Source: Macrostomum lignano (taxonomy: Eukaryota). Taken from it: a DNA stretch of 64,000 bases. The notes below the pieces were generated by a model. The model was not told the DNA's origin. It saw nothing but the letters and a program-made list of their open reading frames with translations, and made no database searches. The translations under genes were made by a program, and so were the position numbers. Positions 45,201-58,149 of the stretch are shown here, in pieces. Where the stretch lies: assembly GCA_002269645.1 (NCBI GenBank), contig NIVC01003841.1, positions 1-64,000 of the forward strand, written 5' to 3'. The first letter of the stretch is position 1. Each line of letters begins with the position of its first letter.

Positions 45201-46280
45201 GCCTACGCATGTGTCCGTCGTCACTTGCTATCCTTTCCGAGTATTTTTGCTCGTAATTGACAGCAGACAGCAGGTTTAGCAATACTACTAGCTAATATAA
45301 AACCGCTGGTAGTGTTTCGAAATTGGTAAAGAAGAAATGACCTCCTTAAGCCATTTATCTTCAATAGATTTTGGTTCTTCATAAATCCAAGAGATCTTGT
45401 CGTCCCCTCTACACACACAGTTGTCTCGCACACACTGGTTTGTGACCTCTCTGAAGAAATAAGAAATTAGAAGTATTATTATATTAGTAACGCACTAGTA
45501 CAAATTGTCGCGTCGTTTAATTAAGAGTTCAACTGAGCAACACGATGATTTGGTATTGTAAATAAACGATGTCTCAGTCTCGATATATTAATCATAAACG
45601 ATGCTAACACAAACGAAGCTCAATATATAATTATTAACGCATTGGGGTGGCGGGGCGCACGGGGTACGAAATCGGGGTGGTGGGTACACTGGATGTACAG
45701 TCAATATTTCAATAGTCAATCAGCTAGTCACTTAGTCATAAGTACAGCGGTAGAATCCAGCGCTGCCTCACAAATTCTACTCGTAGATTCAATTTATCTA
45801 TAAACCTAACAAATAATGCCCAGGTAACCAACACCGCGAGCTGCTCAGCCGGATGTTCCTGGCCGCTCTGACTTTGCCGGAGCACCGCGGCCCCGCTGTA
45901 GCAGCCGGCGCCGTCAAGTCGCTGCTCTCCCTGGACAATGGTCGCAACACGAACGGTGGCCAGGTGCTGGCAGCCTCAGTCCGGAGACCGCCTTTCCCGG
46001 CCAGCGGGCCGCCGAGCTGGTCCGGCCTCTGAATCAGCTGCTGCACGCCGAGGCCAATTCTCTCCAGGTAAATTAATATTTTGGCGTATCTTGAATTGCA
46101 ATATGGATAGCTAGTGTGGACTATAATTTTTATAATAGCTCTTCGGATATTCTCGGATAAAACGGATATTGTAACAAATGCGATTCATATTTCAACCAGT
46201 TTGCCTTCATCCCTACACTCCACTCACAATTTATCATCTTACAAAGAAGCCAAAGCGCTTGCCAACCCTACAAGAAGGTT

Positions 46281-46595
46281 TGTAGCCTAATGGTTAGAGA
46301 ATCGGACTCACAACTCGAAAGTCGAAAGTTCGATTCCCTACTCCACTAGTACAATCTGTGTCCTTCAGCACGACACCTAACTCTGCATTGCTTCAGTTCA
46401 CCCAGCTGTAAAATGGGTGCCAGCATTACCTGGGGTAACTGAGGGTGGGTGGTCACATACCAGGTGAGTTAATTGAGGTGGGTGTGGCGTTTCCCCAGTC
46501 CATGGACTGAACAGCCGTACGCAGTCAATAGCTGTGGCTGTACTGTCGGCTGCACATCTGTACCGATTAGGGCAGGTGTAATCAATTATTTTTTT
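46281..46595 (+). mobile_element. tRNA-derived SINE, second diverged copy
   Basis: TAGCCTAATGGTTAGAG, GTTCGATTCC, shared body and 3' end GGTGTAATCAATTATT with the 44886 copy. Confidence 0.75.
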
Positions 46596-47758
46596 TACAA
46601 AAAGAAAATCGCTTGTCTCAAATTCGGCCGAGCCCTACAGAGAAAAGCATACTCCGACATGTTGATTTCACCCGTGTCACCCAACTATCAGGTGTACGAA
46701 GCCCTGCTAGCCCTCACCAACCTGGCCAGCGCCAGCGCCAGCGACAGTCTCCGCAGCCGCCTGCTATCCGAGATCGGCCTGGCCCGCATTCGGCACTACA
46801 TGTACGACGAGCACAGACAACAGGGCTGCCGCCACCGACTTCTTCTGCAATCTCTGCCTGTTGGATAAAGTTGGCGACTTGATGGCCGCCGCCGCAGCCG
46901 CCGGCACCTCAGAAGATGTCATCAGATGCCCAGAGATGACGAGCCAACTGCAGAGAAGGATAAACTGACGCCGATCACCGAGGGCAGCCAGGACGATGGC
47001 GACGGCGATGGCAAACTGGAGCCTCTGGCCAAGCCCGAAAAGACTGACGAAGCCGAAGCCGCTGCCGCAGCTCTGCCAGCCGAGACGCCTGAAACTTCGG
47101 CTGATCGGGAGCGCCTCCTGCTAGCCGCTTCCGGCGCCCTGGCTCACCTCACCACCCGTGTGCAGATTGTCGGCCGGATGCTGTCCTACCCGGTGGTTGC
47201 TTTGTGCCCGGAAGGTACATATTATTCCTTTGTTTAATCAGGCCTTCTCTCAATCAAGAGAGTTTTCTAATATATCTAGTCAAATTGATATCCCGTGGGC
47301 TGTGCCTCTCCACACCTGCATGTACAAATGTACTCACTATCAAACACTTGCCTGCGCTTCCAACCATAAAAACTTGTGTGCCTTTCTGAAGTCCAACCAT
47401 TTATTTACCCCTATTTATTTAATCTTACCCTGTGTGCGCTTTCCAGCCAAGATATTTGCCTGCACGTGTAACCACCGTTTTAATTCAAATTCTGTTTCAT
47501 GTTTTGTGCTACTAAAAAAACGAAATAAAGATACTGCCTGCGTACCCACTCCCACTGTGCGGCTTTTATCATCAAAATTTTATCACAGCTTGCTATTATT
47601 TGTAGCGTCACTCCGCATTTAAACGATTTCGACACAAAAATAAATTTGCTTGTTTTGTTAGGCAGTTGTTTTTTACGCTAACCGTTTTTTACTCAGAAAC
47701 AAAATTACTGCAACTTGTATAGTCTATTGATTTGTTTCTTTCACAAACAAACTAGTAC

Positions 47759-49019
47759 TAGTATAGCTTTTGTCAATCCAAATGATAATTTGGACATTCA
47801 AAACGATAATGGCTATAGATGTAACTATGCTCTGAGTAAACCTCGCCGCTAGAGAACATAGACGTTTGGACAACCAAAGCGAGAAAGGGGCATTCAAAAC
47901 GAGAATGAATTCAGACAGAAGAAAATTCAACCTTTCGATCATAGACTAGAGACTAGAGGTTTTCTCTCGCTTCTTTCTTTTGTGACAGTGTAATTCGTAG
48001 AATCATCTGATCGTATTTCCTTATCTCGCATTGCATGGATACCGTACTACTTGTATTTTTAATTTATTTTAACAATATTCTATACGCATTATTATTGCGC
48101 TAATGTTACAGTTAATTGCTTTGTTTTTGTAGCCTCGTATGTATCTATTCTATTATTTGTATTTCATTCATATCGTTATTATTTCTCGTAAAGTAGTTCT
48201 ACCTATGTACATGTACTGGCGTATGATATTCTTACACGATATAATTTATCGATTATTTTGTACATGTACATTGCGCGCCGAGTGGGGGGTTTGTCTGGGT
48301 TTTGGATTAGGGGTGTTGTTGTTTGTTATCTGTTTACCTACCAATTAAATATACGCTTGCAGTCAGCCGCCGCTCTCCCCTTCTCTCCTGGGTTTTCGCT
48401 CCGCTTCTCGCGGGCCCCTTAGCCGTCCGTCGCAAGCAGCTACCAATCCAAACCTAACCTTCAATTCAACGTACCAAATCTCAAATCTGCAATTCACGCT
48501 AAGGGAAGTCGGCTACTGGCTCTAGATTATTAAATTTAACCGCTACACAAACCGTACGTCTTCCCGCCTTTATTCGTCACACTTAGCTATTTCTTTTTGC
48601 TGTTTTTCAAATGCCGCCACTCATATCCACAGTCGACAGGCAACGCTTGGTGTCTGCTATAAGAGCAAGGGGCAACAATACGAGTAAAAGCCGCAGCAGC
48701 CATCATGCAATTGGCGATTGCAACTGCGTATAGGATTATGCGAGCATACCTCAGGCGCCACCTCAGGCGCTACCAAGAGGTGGCAAAAAGGAGAGAAAAT
48801 GCAGAGTGGGCGAAAATATGAAATTTTGGTTGTCTATTAGCCGAAAGGTTGAATTTTCTTCTGTCTGAATTCATTCTCGTTTTGAATGCCCCTTTCTCGT
48901 TTTGGTTGTCCAAACGTCTATGTTCTCTAGCAGCGAGGTTTACTCAGAGCATAGTTACATCTATAGCCATTATCGTTTTTAATGTCCAAATATCATTTAG
49001 ATTGACAAAAGCTAAACTA
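47759..49019. mobile_element. Non-autonomous TIR DNA transposon (MITE-like), about 1.26 kb
   Basis: About 180-bp inverted repeats 47759-47937 and 48842-49019 with few mismatches; ends fall on TA; no ORF inside. Confidence 0.75.
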
Positions 49020-51034
49020 TAGTATACTGATGCCACCTGCCCACCACCATCCCCTAATGAAAACGGAACAATGAGAGAAATGTTAAAAAAACGAAGTTCC
49101 CTTCTTTTTGGAAGAAGAAAAAATTATATCCGTCTATCTCAACGCATCCGATATTAAAATATGCTTATCTCTAGGGGCTCAGAAAAAAATAAAACAATGA
49201 TGATAGTTGTTGGAACTATTAATAGCTTTAAACTATTACGAGTAGATAACGAAAAATTGTTTGTTTTAATATTTTTTATTTTAATATTTTAATTTGATGT
49301 TGTAGTTAGCCTAGGCGTATTGAAACGGGGAGAAACGAACGGCATCCCTTCCGCTGCAATTATCTATGGCCGACTTCAATGAGTAAAAAAACTCGTATGC
49401 ATATAAGTATCTAGTTAATGTTTCTACAACTTGTATATTTTTAAAGTAAAGCTTAGTGCTGCTTAGTAATTCTTAGTATCAGTAACTATTTTTTCAATTC
49501 GCAAAATAAGGAGTTTTGGCCATAGACAATTTTTGGATTTTATTATTTCTTTCTTTGTCTTCTGCGCTGGTGTGCTAATGTGGGGGCTCCGCCCCCACAA
49601 CCCCGCAAGGGGGCTCAGCGCCCCCTCGACCCCGCTTTCTTCTGACTTTGCCATAGACATTTTCAGCGGGCCGTGAAACCGACTGAATGATATATTCCTG
49701 CACGGTCACGAGTGCGGGAATGACATCTGCACGAGTGCGCGCTAGCGCACGAGTGCACGATGTCCTTCACGCACGAGTGAACGTGAAGGAATTCCATTGT
49801 CGGATGATTCATCGTGCAGGAATGCACAAAACCGTGCAGGAATGCATTTCTGCGCCTAATGCTTTTTCAGTGAGATTTTACCATAGACATCCATTCCTGC
49901 ACGCAAAAGAGTGCAAGAATGCCATTCTTGCATGGAAAATCAGCCGACAATGCATAGGAGTAAATGGGATTTTACCATGGACAGTCTCAGCGGCCCGTGA
50001 AACGGGCGGTTTCACGCCCGCTAACTACGAGTATAACACTAATATGGATGGGCCGCATCGGGCAGAAACGAGCTAACACTCCTCAGCGCTACGCGCCTCG
50101 GCGTTATAGCTCATTTCTGCCCTCTGCAGCCCATCAAAATTGGTATAATAGTCTCGAGGCTCGCTTAAACCATTCAGGATTAAACATCCGTGATCTAATA
50201 CTTGAAGGAAATTAATTATGATGGTTTATGATTAATTATGAAATTAATAATGATAAGTTAATTAGCAGATTAGTGCGGTGGACTTAGTGCGGCTGTGCTG
50301 GGTGAGGAATTGAGAAAATACAAACACGTATTTGTAGACAAGAATTTTAGATGAACAACGGGGCGGGCCAGATGCGCAGAGTCTATGAATTGAAGTTAAG
50401 ATAGAAGACAAACACAGGGAATGCATAAATTAACTTACTGGAGAACATGCAAGAGAGGAAGTAAAGGATTCTAGAGGAAACAGTTCCGACACAAACTACG
50501 CTCGTATATGATTGAAATTTTTGTTGTGTTGCATTTTTTTACATGTTAAATACCAAATGGAGGGTAAAGCGCTCTAGAAGGTGTACAATTAGAAATTTAT
50601 AAATAACGATTATTAGAGATTTAGCATAGGTAAACATAAGGGTTATTAGGGCTAATGGTAAACGCACAACACAATATATACGAGTTTAAATATGGTCGTG
50701 TCAAGAGTTAGATTTAGACTTTAGATCGATTTCCAACAAGCCATCTTTTAAAGTTTGAATGAATTTTCGAAAATTTATAAATATCTATTAGGAGAGTTTT
50801 TTAATTTGCTGTTTCTCAAGCTTAGTCACCTCACCTGGCTTCTATGATGTGAAAGGTAAACATAAAAAATACACTTTGGCTGCACATCCACTGGCAAGAC
50901 CGTGAATCGACGAGCGGCCGTCGATTCACTCTTCGTTCGCTTGTACGACGCCTTCTCTGTAAAGATTAAAGGGCAATGCTGCTTATTAGAAATGCTTTGA
51001 AGTTCAAATGCACTCCTTACTCAAATGGTGTGAC

Positions 51035-52428
51035 TCACGCTGCCTTGAAAACCTCGGTTCTGACTAAATAGAACTTCTTAGTCGTCTCAACGACCCAGGA
51101 GGAAATCTGCTTCGGGCTGATGGCTGCCGATAGCTGTTTCGAAGACGCCTGAGACTGGGTCATGGCGAAGTTGATCTTGTTGATCATGGACAGCACATCG
51201 TGATCAGCTGCCAGCTCGTAGGCCACAGTGCAGAACGCGCTGATAAACATGGAACCGCTGTCCGAAGCATTTGTTTCCAGGCGTGGTGGCGTGTCCAATG
51301 ATTAGCCCGGCGCAGTCGGGAGAGTTTTCGATCAGTGACACCCTCTTTGAATCGTAATAGGCTGCACCGTATCGCCAGGCAGTGTTTCGCGTGCTTCGGC
51401 CCAGCGGAGCCGGGCTGCTGTATTCGAGACTCGCAGCTGACTCCTCGTCAGCTGCGAGGTGTTGACGAGGATCAGTTTGGGCCGGCCAGCCAGCGACTTT
51501 GAGTTGACGATCGGCTGCGTTAGCACCTCCAGTGGGATTCGCTCCCCGTCGTTGCCATAAACAAAGTCGTTGCTTCCGTGTGAAAGGATCACAAGGATAG
51601 CAAAGTCCCCATGTGCAGGCTTTGACTCGCTTTTCTTGTCTGCATTTTCCTCAGCTCTGTCACCTGCGAAACTATTTATGCTGTCCAACATTTCCTTGCA
51701 TGTCTTGTCTGTCTCAACTGTAATGTTTTCCGGCGGGTAATACAGCTTTGTCAGAGGGTCCAGCAGGTTTTGCATGTCGAGTCTCGTGCTTCTCCTGAAG
51801 TCATTGTTGCTCTTGAATTTCTCGTTTGATATTATCAGAACCCGTCCGTTGCAGCTGTTGGAATGACTTTCGTCCGCGTCTTGCTGAATTATTGGCTTTG
51901 CGAATGGACTGAACTCTTCCCAGCTGCACTTCTCCACAACTTTTTTTCTAAGAAGGCTGGTCTCGAAGCTGCGAGCTTCAATTCTGAGCTTCACACCTTC
52001 TTGCAGAACTTCTTGCAGAAGTTCGGGTGTCTGCATGCACTTAGCTCCTCAGCAAAGTTCAAGGCGCTGATGCAGGGTCTTCCTCCCCGATAGTCCTTGT
52101 CGTCTTTATTGTCATAAAGTTCCTTAATCTGTTTTAGAAATGACTCCAGATTTCCTTCATCGGCCGCCAGATACAACAGGAAAAAGTTCTTGGTGTCAAA
52201 CTTCTCCTGCTGACGCAGTTCTTCGATTTCTTTCTTTGTAGCTTCAGTCGGCGCTTCGTTGTACGGAATCTCCCGACAGAAAATCAGCAGCTTAGGAGAC
52301 TCGTCCGACAGATGTAATTTTTTCATAATATTATTAACCATTTGGAAGCCAAAGGCCTGCACTGCAGGCCATACCGAAACGGCCCAGAAACCCAGAGATT
52401 GAAAAATGTCTATGGCATCAAAAACCAT
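51035..52428 (-). pseudogene. Caspase-like protein with long prodomain, three frameshifts
   Basis: GRVLIISNEKF, FRRSTRLDMQNL, ILVILSHG, GNDG, LAGRPKLILVN, then (other frames) AGLIIGHATTPG and GSMFISAFC; ORFs 51991-52428, 51332-52036, 51035-51298. Possible acceptor near 52462 suggests upstream exon(s). Confidence 0.8.
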
Positions 52429-52467
52429 CTCCCAATCACTAAAGCAAGTGCCCAGTATGGCCTGCTG

Positions 52468-52740
52468 ATGTTTGACATGGTGGCTCTTAAATTTTTGACA
52501 TGGTGGCTCCTAAGTGTTTGACATGGTGGCTCTTTAATGTTTAAAATGGTGGCTCTTTAATGTTCGAAATGGTGGCTCTTTTATGTTCGAAATGGTGGCT
52601 CTTTAATGTTCGACATGGTGGCTCTTTAATGTTCGACGTGGTGGCTCTTTAATGTTTGACAAAGAGTCACGTATATGTTTTACATGGTGCCCATGTAATG
52701 TTTGACATGGTGCCTCTTTTATGTTTGACATTGTGCTTTT
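52468..52740. repeat. 23-bp minisatellite
   Basis: TGTTYGA(C/A)ATGGTGGCTCTTTAA. Confidence 0.88.
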
Positions 52741-52989
52741 TTATGTTTAGCAGTTTCGTGTATTTAAGGTGTTTTAATAAAAAAATTATTTTTCACTACT
52801 AAGATTCGAACCCAGGTCGCTACGTTGGCAGTCCAGTCTGTTCGTATATAGGCTATCTTTTTTCAATTGGAGAACATGAATTGTGGCCCTTATAATTCAA
52901 TTCTTACAGCAAGTCAATTAGAGTAAAAAGTTATGACATAATCAATTTATCAGTCAGCCAGTACCAGTCTCAGTTCAAGTTAGCAATAT

Positions 52990-54235
52990 TGGTTACGCAA
53001 TTTAAATCAAGTCGTGTGTGCATTTCTTCGACACTGTTTTCAACTTGTTGTGATGCAATCTTTATCAGAATTGAAATTCAGTCAGTCAGGTTTTTCTCTA
53101 GCATTCTTACAATGCATTTCAAGTCGAAAATTTTGCTTAACCTTTGCAAAAAAGCATGTTTTTCGAATATTTAATCCCTTTAAAATTGAGCAATTTCTTA
53201 GCCAAGATGCATGTACCGTCCCAGGAAAATTTCTGATCAAATGGTGCAAGTTTGAAGAAAATCGGTTGAGCCAATCTATCGCATACCTACCTACCTACCT
53301 ACCCACATACAGACAACTCATTTTTAGTATATAGGAAGCAAGATTTTCATTTTTAGTATATAGGACTAGCAGGGGTAGGCTGTCTGCCAGCATCCAGAAT
53401 TTTTATTATACCCCCCGGGTAGGCTTGCGCAAGTTAAATAGAGTAATTATCTCGGCAGTGGGGCGGGGTGAGTTTTCTTATCAGTTGGCTCTGGCGCAAT
53501 CATTAAAATTGGCAGTGAAGTTTCTCGCTGATAGAATTTTGCATTGAAAAAGCCCATTTAAAACAGTTTTTCGAATATTTAATCCCCTTAGCATTGAGCT
53601 AGAGCTTAATAAAATTACATGTACCGTCCCGGGCACATTTGACATGTTTTGGCGAAGAAACGGAGAAAATCGGTTGAGCCGTTCGGGAGATAATCGATTG
53701 CATACAAGCAAGCAAGCAAGATTTTCATTTTTAGTATATTATGAAGAATTGCAGTCTCTAGAGCGTTATGGACATTCATACAAACAAACAAACCTTAGAG
53801 ATTTAGTATATTTAGATTGCTCGCTCTAGAGCGTTATGGACACTCAAGCATACAAACAAATATTAGAGATTTAGTATATTTAGATAGCTAATTAGAGCTG
53901 GCTGCCAGCAGCCAGAATAATTTTTTTATTGCCCCCCTTTAAGTGGAGCGGAGTGAGTTTTCTTATCAGTTGGCTCTGGCGCAATCAATTAAAATTGACT
54001 GTGAAGTTTCTCGCTGATAAAATTTGCATTGAAAAAGGCCATTTAAAACGGTTTTTCGAATACTTAATCCCTTTAGCATTGAAGCAGATACAAGAAATTT
54101 TAACCGTCTTCTTTCCAGACAATTATAAATCTTTTGGCGAAAACGCGATCAAAATCGGTGAAGAATTGCTCGCTCTAGAGCGTTATGGACACTCAAGCAT
54201 ACAAACAAATATTAGAGATTTAGTATATTTAGACT
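52990..54235 (+). mobile_element. Cluster of about 350-bp Helitron-like non-autonomous units
   Basis: Units open CTAGC, carry AAAATCGGT..., a short (CAAA)/(ACCT) microsatellite and close AGAGATTTAGTATATTTAGA; best copy 53885-54234; same family at 59540-60556. Confidence 0.5.
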
Positions 54236-54749
54236 AGCCATTTAGCCCCCCGCTGGGGAGCCCTAAAATGACACCAATTGGTTTTTATTTTGACACAAGA
54301 GTAACCTTACTATAATTATCCAAAATGTTGATTTCCATTAATCAAAAATTACCTTTTCTCATTGTGGCAAAAATAAATTGCCATGAATCAGAACTTTTAT
54401 CAGCCAAAAAATTTTCCTTCATCAGCCCAAAACCCTTTCTCAATCAGCAAATAGTGCTGATCCTTTCAAGCACAAACTCTTAGTGCATATCGTCGCTGGC
54501 CGGGGCATATTCTTATCCGCAGCAAATATGCAAATCATTGACGGCCTTAGACCCTCTCTTTTAATTAGCCTAAATCAAAGAATGAAACCTTTAATAAATG
54601 CGCTGGTATTTCCTATTAGCAGAAATCAGCATCACTTGTGTGTACTATTTCAATATCTGAACTACATGAGCTACTTCAGCCGTACTACCTGACTATCTGA
54701 GAATCGCCCAACAACCTAACACCCCCAATAATTCAGCCATCGTCCATGA

Positions 54750-56850
54750 GCCTTGTCATCTTAGCAATTCCCCTCAGTAAGCCTTGTCATCTTAGCAATT
54801 CCCCCAGTAAGCCTTGAAATCTCAGCAATTCCCCAAGTAAGCCTTGACAAGAATTGCTAAGAATTTCTAAGAATACTTAGCTAACAATTGCTAATACTTG
54901 CTAAGAATTGCTGAGAAGCCTCGAGATCTCAGCAATTCCCCCAGTAAGCATTGACATCTCAGCGATTCTCCCAGTAAGCCTTGAAATCTTAGCAATTCCC
55001 CCAGAAAGAATTCACATCTTTGCAATTGCCGCAGTAAGCCTTGAAATCGCTGCAATTCCCCCAGTAAGCCCTAACATCTCAGCAATTCCCCCAATAAGCC
55101 TTGACATCTGAGGAATTCCCCCAGTAAGCCTTGAAATCTAAGCATTTCCCTAGTAAGCCTTGAAATCTCAGCATTCCCCCAGAAAGCCTTCACATTTTAG
55201 CAATTCCCAGTAAGACTTGACATCTTAGCAATTCCCAGTAAGACTTGACATCTCAGCAGTTCCCCCATTAAGCATCGAAATCGCAGCAATTAAACTCGAG
55301 CCTTGACATCTACGCAGTTCTCTCAGCTGAGTAAGCCTTGACATCCCAACAACCCAACTCCCCTCCCCCAAGAATTCAGCAATCCCCTTATGAGCCTTGA
55401 TATCTCTGCAATTTCTTCATAAGCCTTGTCAACTCAGCGATTCCATTCATGAGCTTTGATATCTTAGCAACTCCCATCTTAGCAAGTCTTTAGTTGATGG
55501 TTAACAGAGTGGTTATTCTATGATTGAACCAAAACTGACCCTAAGCCCCTAACCCTAACCCATAAGTGAGTCTTGGCATGTTAGCAATCTCCCCCGTGAG
55601 CCTTGAGCCTGAGCATTTAAGTAACTTCCTCATAAGCTTTGAAATCTAAATTTCACCGAAAGCCTTGAACTGTCAGCAATTCCCTAAGAGCCAAAGCATA
55701 TAACTAATTCGCCCCTTTAATCTTTGAAATTCCTTGATGAATCATTTATGATTGACACGACGATCGCTCTATAATTAAACTCAAATCCTAACCCTTAACC
55801 TGCAGCCGAGTCACAGCATTTCAGCAACTCCCCCTCTCAGCCCAAGAATTTCAGCAATTCCCCAATGAGCTTTTGAAATCTTAGCAATTTTCCCATGAGC
55901 ATGAAACTTTAGCGACTAACCTTTTGATATCTTGGCACTTTCACATGAGTCTTATGTTTGAAAACTAACCCTGCCAAGTCACAGCATTTCAGCAATTCCC
56001 ACCGTAAACCACAGCATTTCAACAAATACCCAATGAACCTTGACATTTCGTGAATTTCAGCTATTCGCTTTAGGAGCCTTTGAAATCTCAGTCATTCCCC
56101 CGTGAACCTTAGCATCTCAGCAATACCCAAGAGTCACAGCCTACAGCATTACAGGGATCCCCCGTGAGCTTTGAAATCTCAGCTATTCCCCAATGAGCCT
56201 TGATATCTCAGCAACTCCTATTTGAGCCACAAAATTTCGGCATTATGAGCAGGTACTGCAATCACAACAATCCCCCTGAGCATTGAGCCACTTTATAATT
56301 CGGATATCCCCCCACGAGCCTTTACAACTTAGCAATTCCCCAATGAGTATTTAATGTTAGACAGGCCTATTCATTTATATGGTTTACGTCTTACTCCTGC
56401 CCTAACAATGTCGGCAATTCCCTCAAGAGCCACAGCATTCCAGAAATTATTTCCATGAGCCTTGACAGCAAATAATTTTAATGAGCCTTGATACCTCAGA
56501 AATTTCTCAAATGGAATTTGAAATCAAAGCAATTCTGCCCAGAATCACATCAGTATAGGAATTTCCCTCTGAGACTTGACAAGACATCTCAGAATTTCTC
56601 TCATGGGCCTTGATCTGGCCCATGGCCCAGTAAGCCTTGAAATCTCAATAATTCCCCAGTAAGCCTTGACATCTCAGAAATTCCCTCATTAAGATCGAAA
56701 TCGCAGCAATTGAACTTAGCTTTGAAATCAAAGCAATTCTCCCCAGAATCACATCATTATAGCAATTACCGCTGAGCCTTGAGATCTTAGAAATTCTCCC
56801 ATGAGTCTTGATATCACAGAAATTTTCCATACCAGCCTTGACATCTTAGC
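54750..56850. repeat. Degenerate about 30-bp satellite
   Basis: CCTTGAAATCTCAGCAATTCCCCCAGTAAG variants. Confidence 0.8.
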
Positions 56851-56984
56851 AATTCACATTGAGTATTTTATTCTCGACAGACCGCTTCTTTTATGGTTGA
56901 CATGATGATTCTTTTGTCGCTTTTTCTTGTGTTGAGTTTTCTTCTGTTTAAAGTAGCATTTATTAAAAACTTACAGTGGTTTAC

Positions 56985-57185
56985 CATCACTTTAGCAATG
57001 GTTTACCATCACTTTAGCGATGGTTCACCAGCAGTTTAGCAATGGTTCACCAGCAGTTTAGCAATGGTTTACCATCACTTTAGCGATGGTTCACCAGCAG
57101 TTTAGCAATGGTTTACCATCACTTTAGCAATGGTTCACCAGCAGTTTAGCAATGGTTCACCAGCAGTTTAGCAATGGTTCACCGG
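56985..57185. repeat. 22-bp minisatellite
   Basis: TTTAGCAATGGTTCACCAGCAG. Confidence 0.9.
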
Positions 57186-58149
57186 CACTGTTCCGCAAAA
57201 TCTGGGAGCAGATGGCTACTGATCTCCATATGCTTCTCAATAATCGAAACCATTTGAAATGTTTGCAACTTGCAGTTTAAAATTGATTTGCAATTCTCTT
57301 GCATATTTATTAATTCATTGTACGTCAGATTAGCACTGCTCACCCAGATTAGACCCTTTGAAAATTAGTACTTACAGCAGATTAGCACTGCTCTAGAAGA
57401 CTAACGCAGCCCCAGCAAAAGTATCTTTAAATTTAAGTGTTTAACATCTCCATGAATCTGCATAGGATGCAATCATTATTGTCACAGGTCACAAAGATAA
57501 ATTCGCTGCTTCAATGCAGGCTCGAACTGCTGACATCAAAGCATTCTGTTTGCTTCTGCTTGATACTGCCTGCCTACTGCGGCTATTGTGCCTATTGACA
57601 TGTGGTCGAAATAATCTAGTTTAGCAACTTCAGCCGTTTGAAGTTAACCCCCGGAAATCGGCATTTATCCCCACAACAACCTGAAATTATCCCTTCATCT
57701 AATCCCGCAAAAAGACTGCAGTTATTTCTTAGCAGCCGGCATTTATCATCCACTTTGCATTTTAAAACTTTTATTAAAATTAAGAATGCATACCCTCAGC
57801 GGCATAGAATGGTCCCCTTAGCCAAAAATATTTCACTTAGCAGCCGCAGAAATCCCCTAAACAACTTGTACTTAATCTTCCACAGTAAATATCCACTTAA
57901 AACTCAATAGTTAGTTATAAGCCTCAGAAGTCTGCCATTATCCTCTAATTAGTCCGCAGTTTTCCCTCTCAGCAGTCTGCAGCTATACGCTCATACGTCT
58001 GGAGGAACTACCTCAGCAGTTTGCAGTTGTTTCCCCTTTGCAATCTGCAATGATCCCTTCGACAGTCTGCAGTTCCCCTCAGCAGTCTGCAGTCATTTCA
58101 TTTTCAGTCTACAACTGTACCATTAACGATTTTCATTCATTCTCTCAGC

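Larger units (their letters stand above)
44340..47214 (+). pseudogene. UNC45: UNC-45 myosin chaperone, C-terminal UCS-domain fragment with frameshifts
   Basis: Exon-like pieces 44340-44622, 45824-46067, 46692-47214 encode [91 protein letters not shown]. Several frameshifts; no upstream TPR/central exons or final exon recognised in the window. Confidence 0.8.

Noticed and set aside
44886-46350. tRNA genes at 44890 and 46281
   Set aside because: A/B boxes present but no acceptor-stem pairing; they continue into a shared SINE body.
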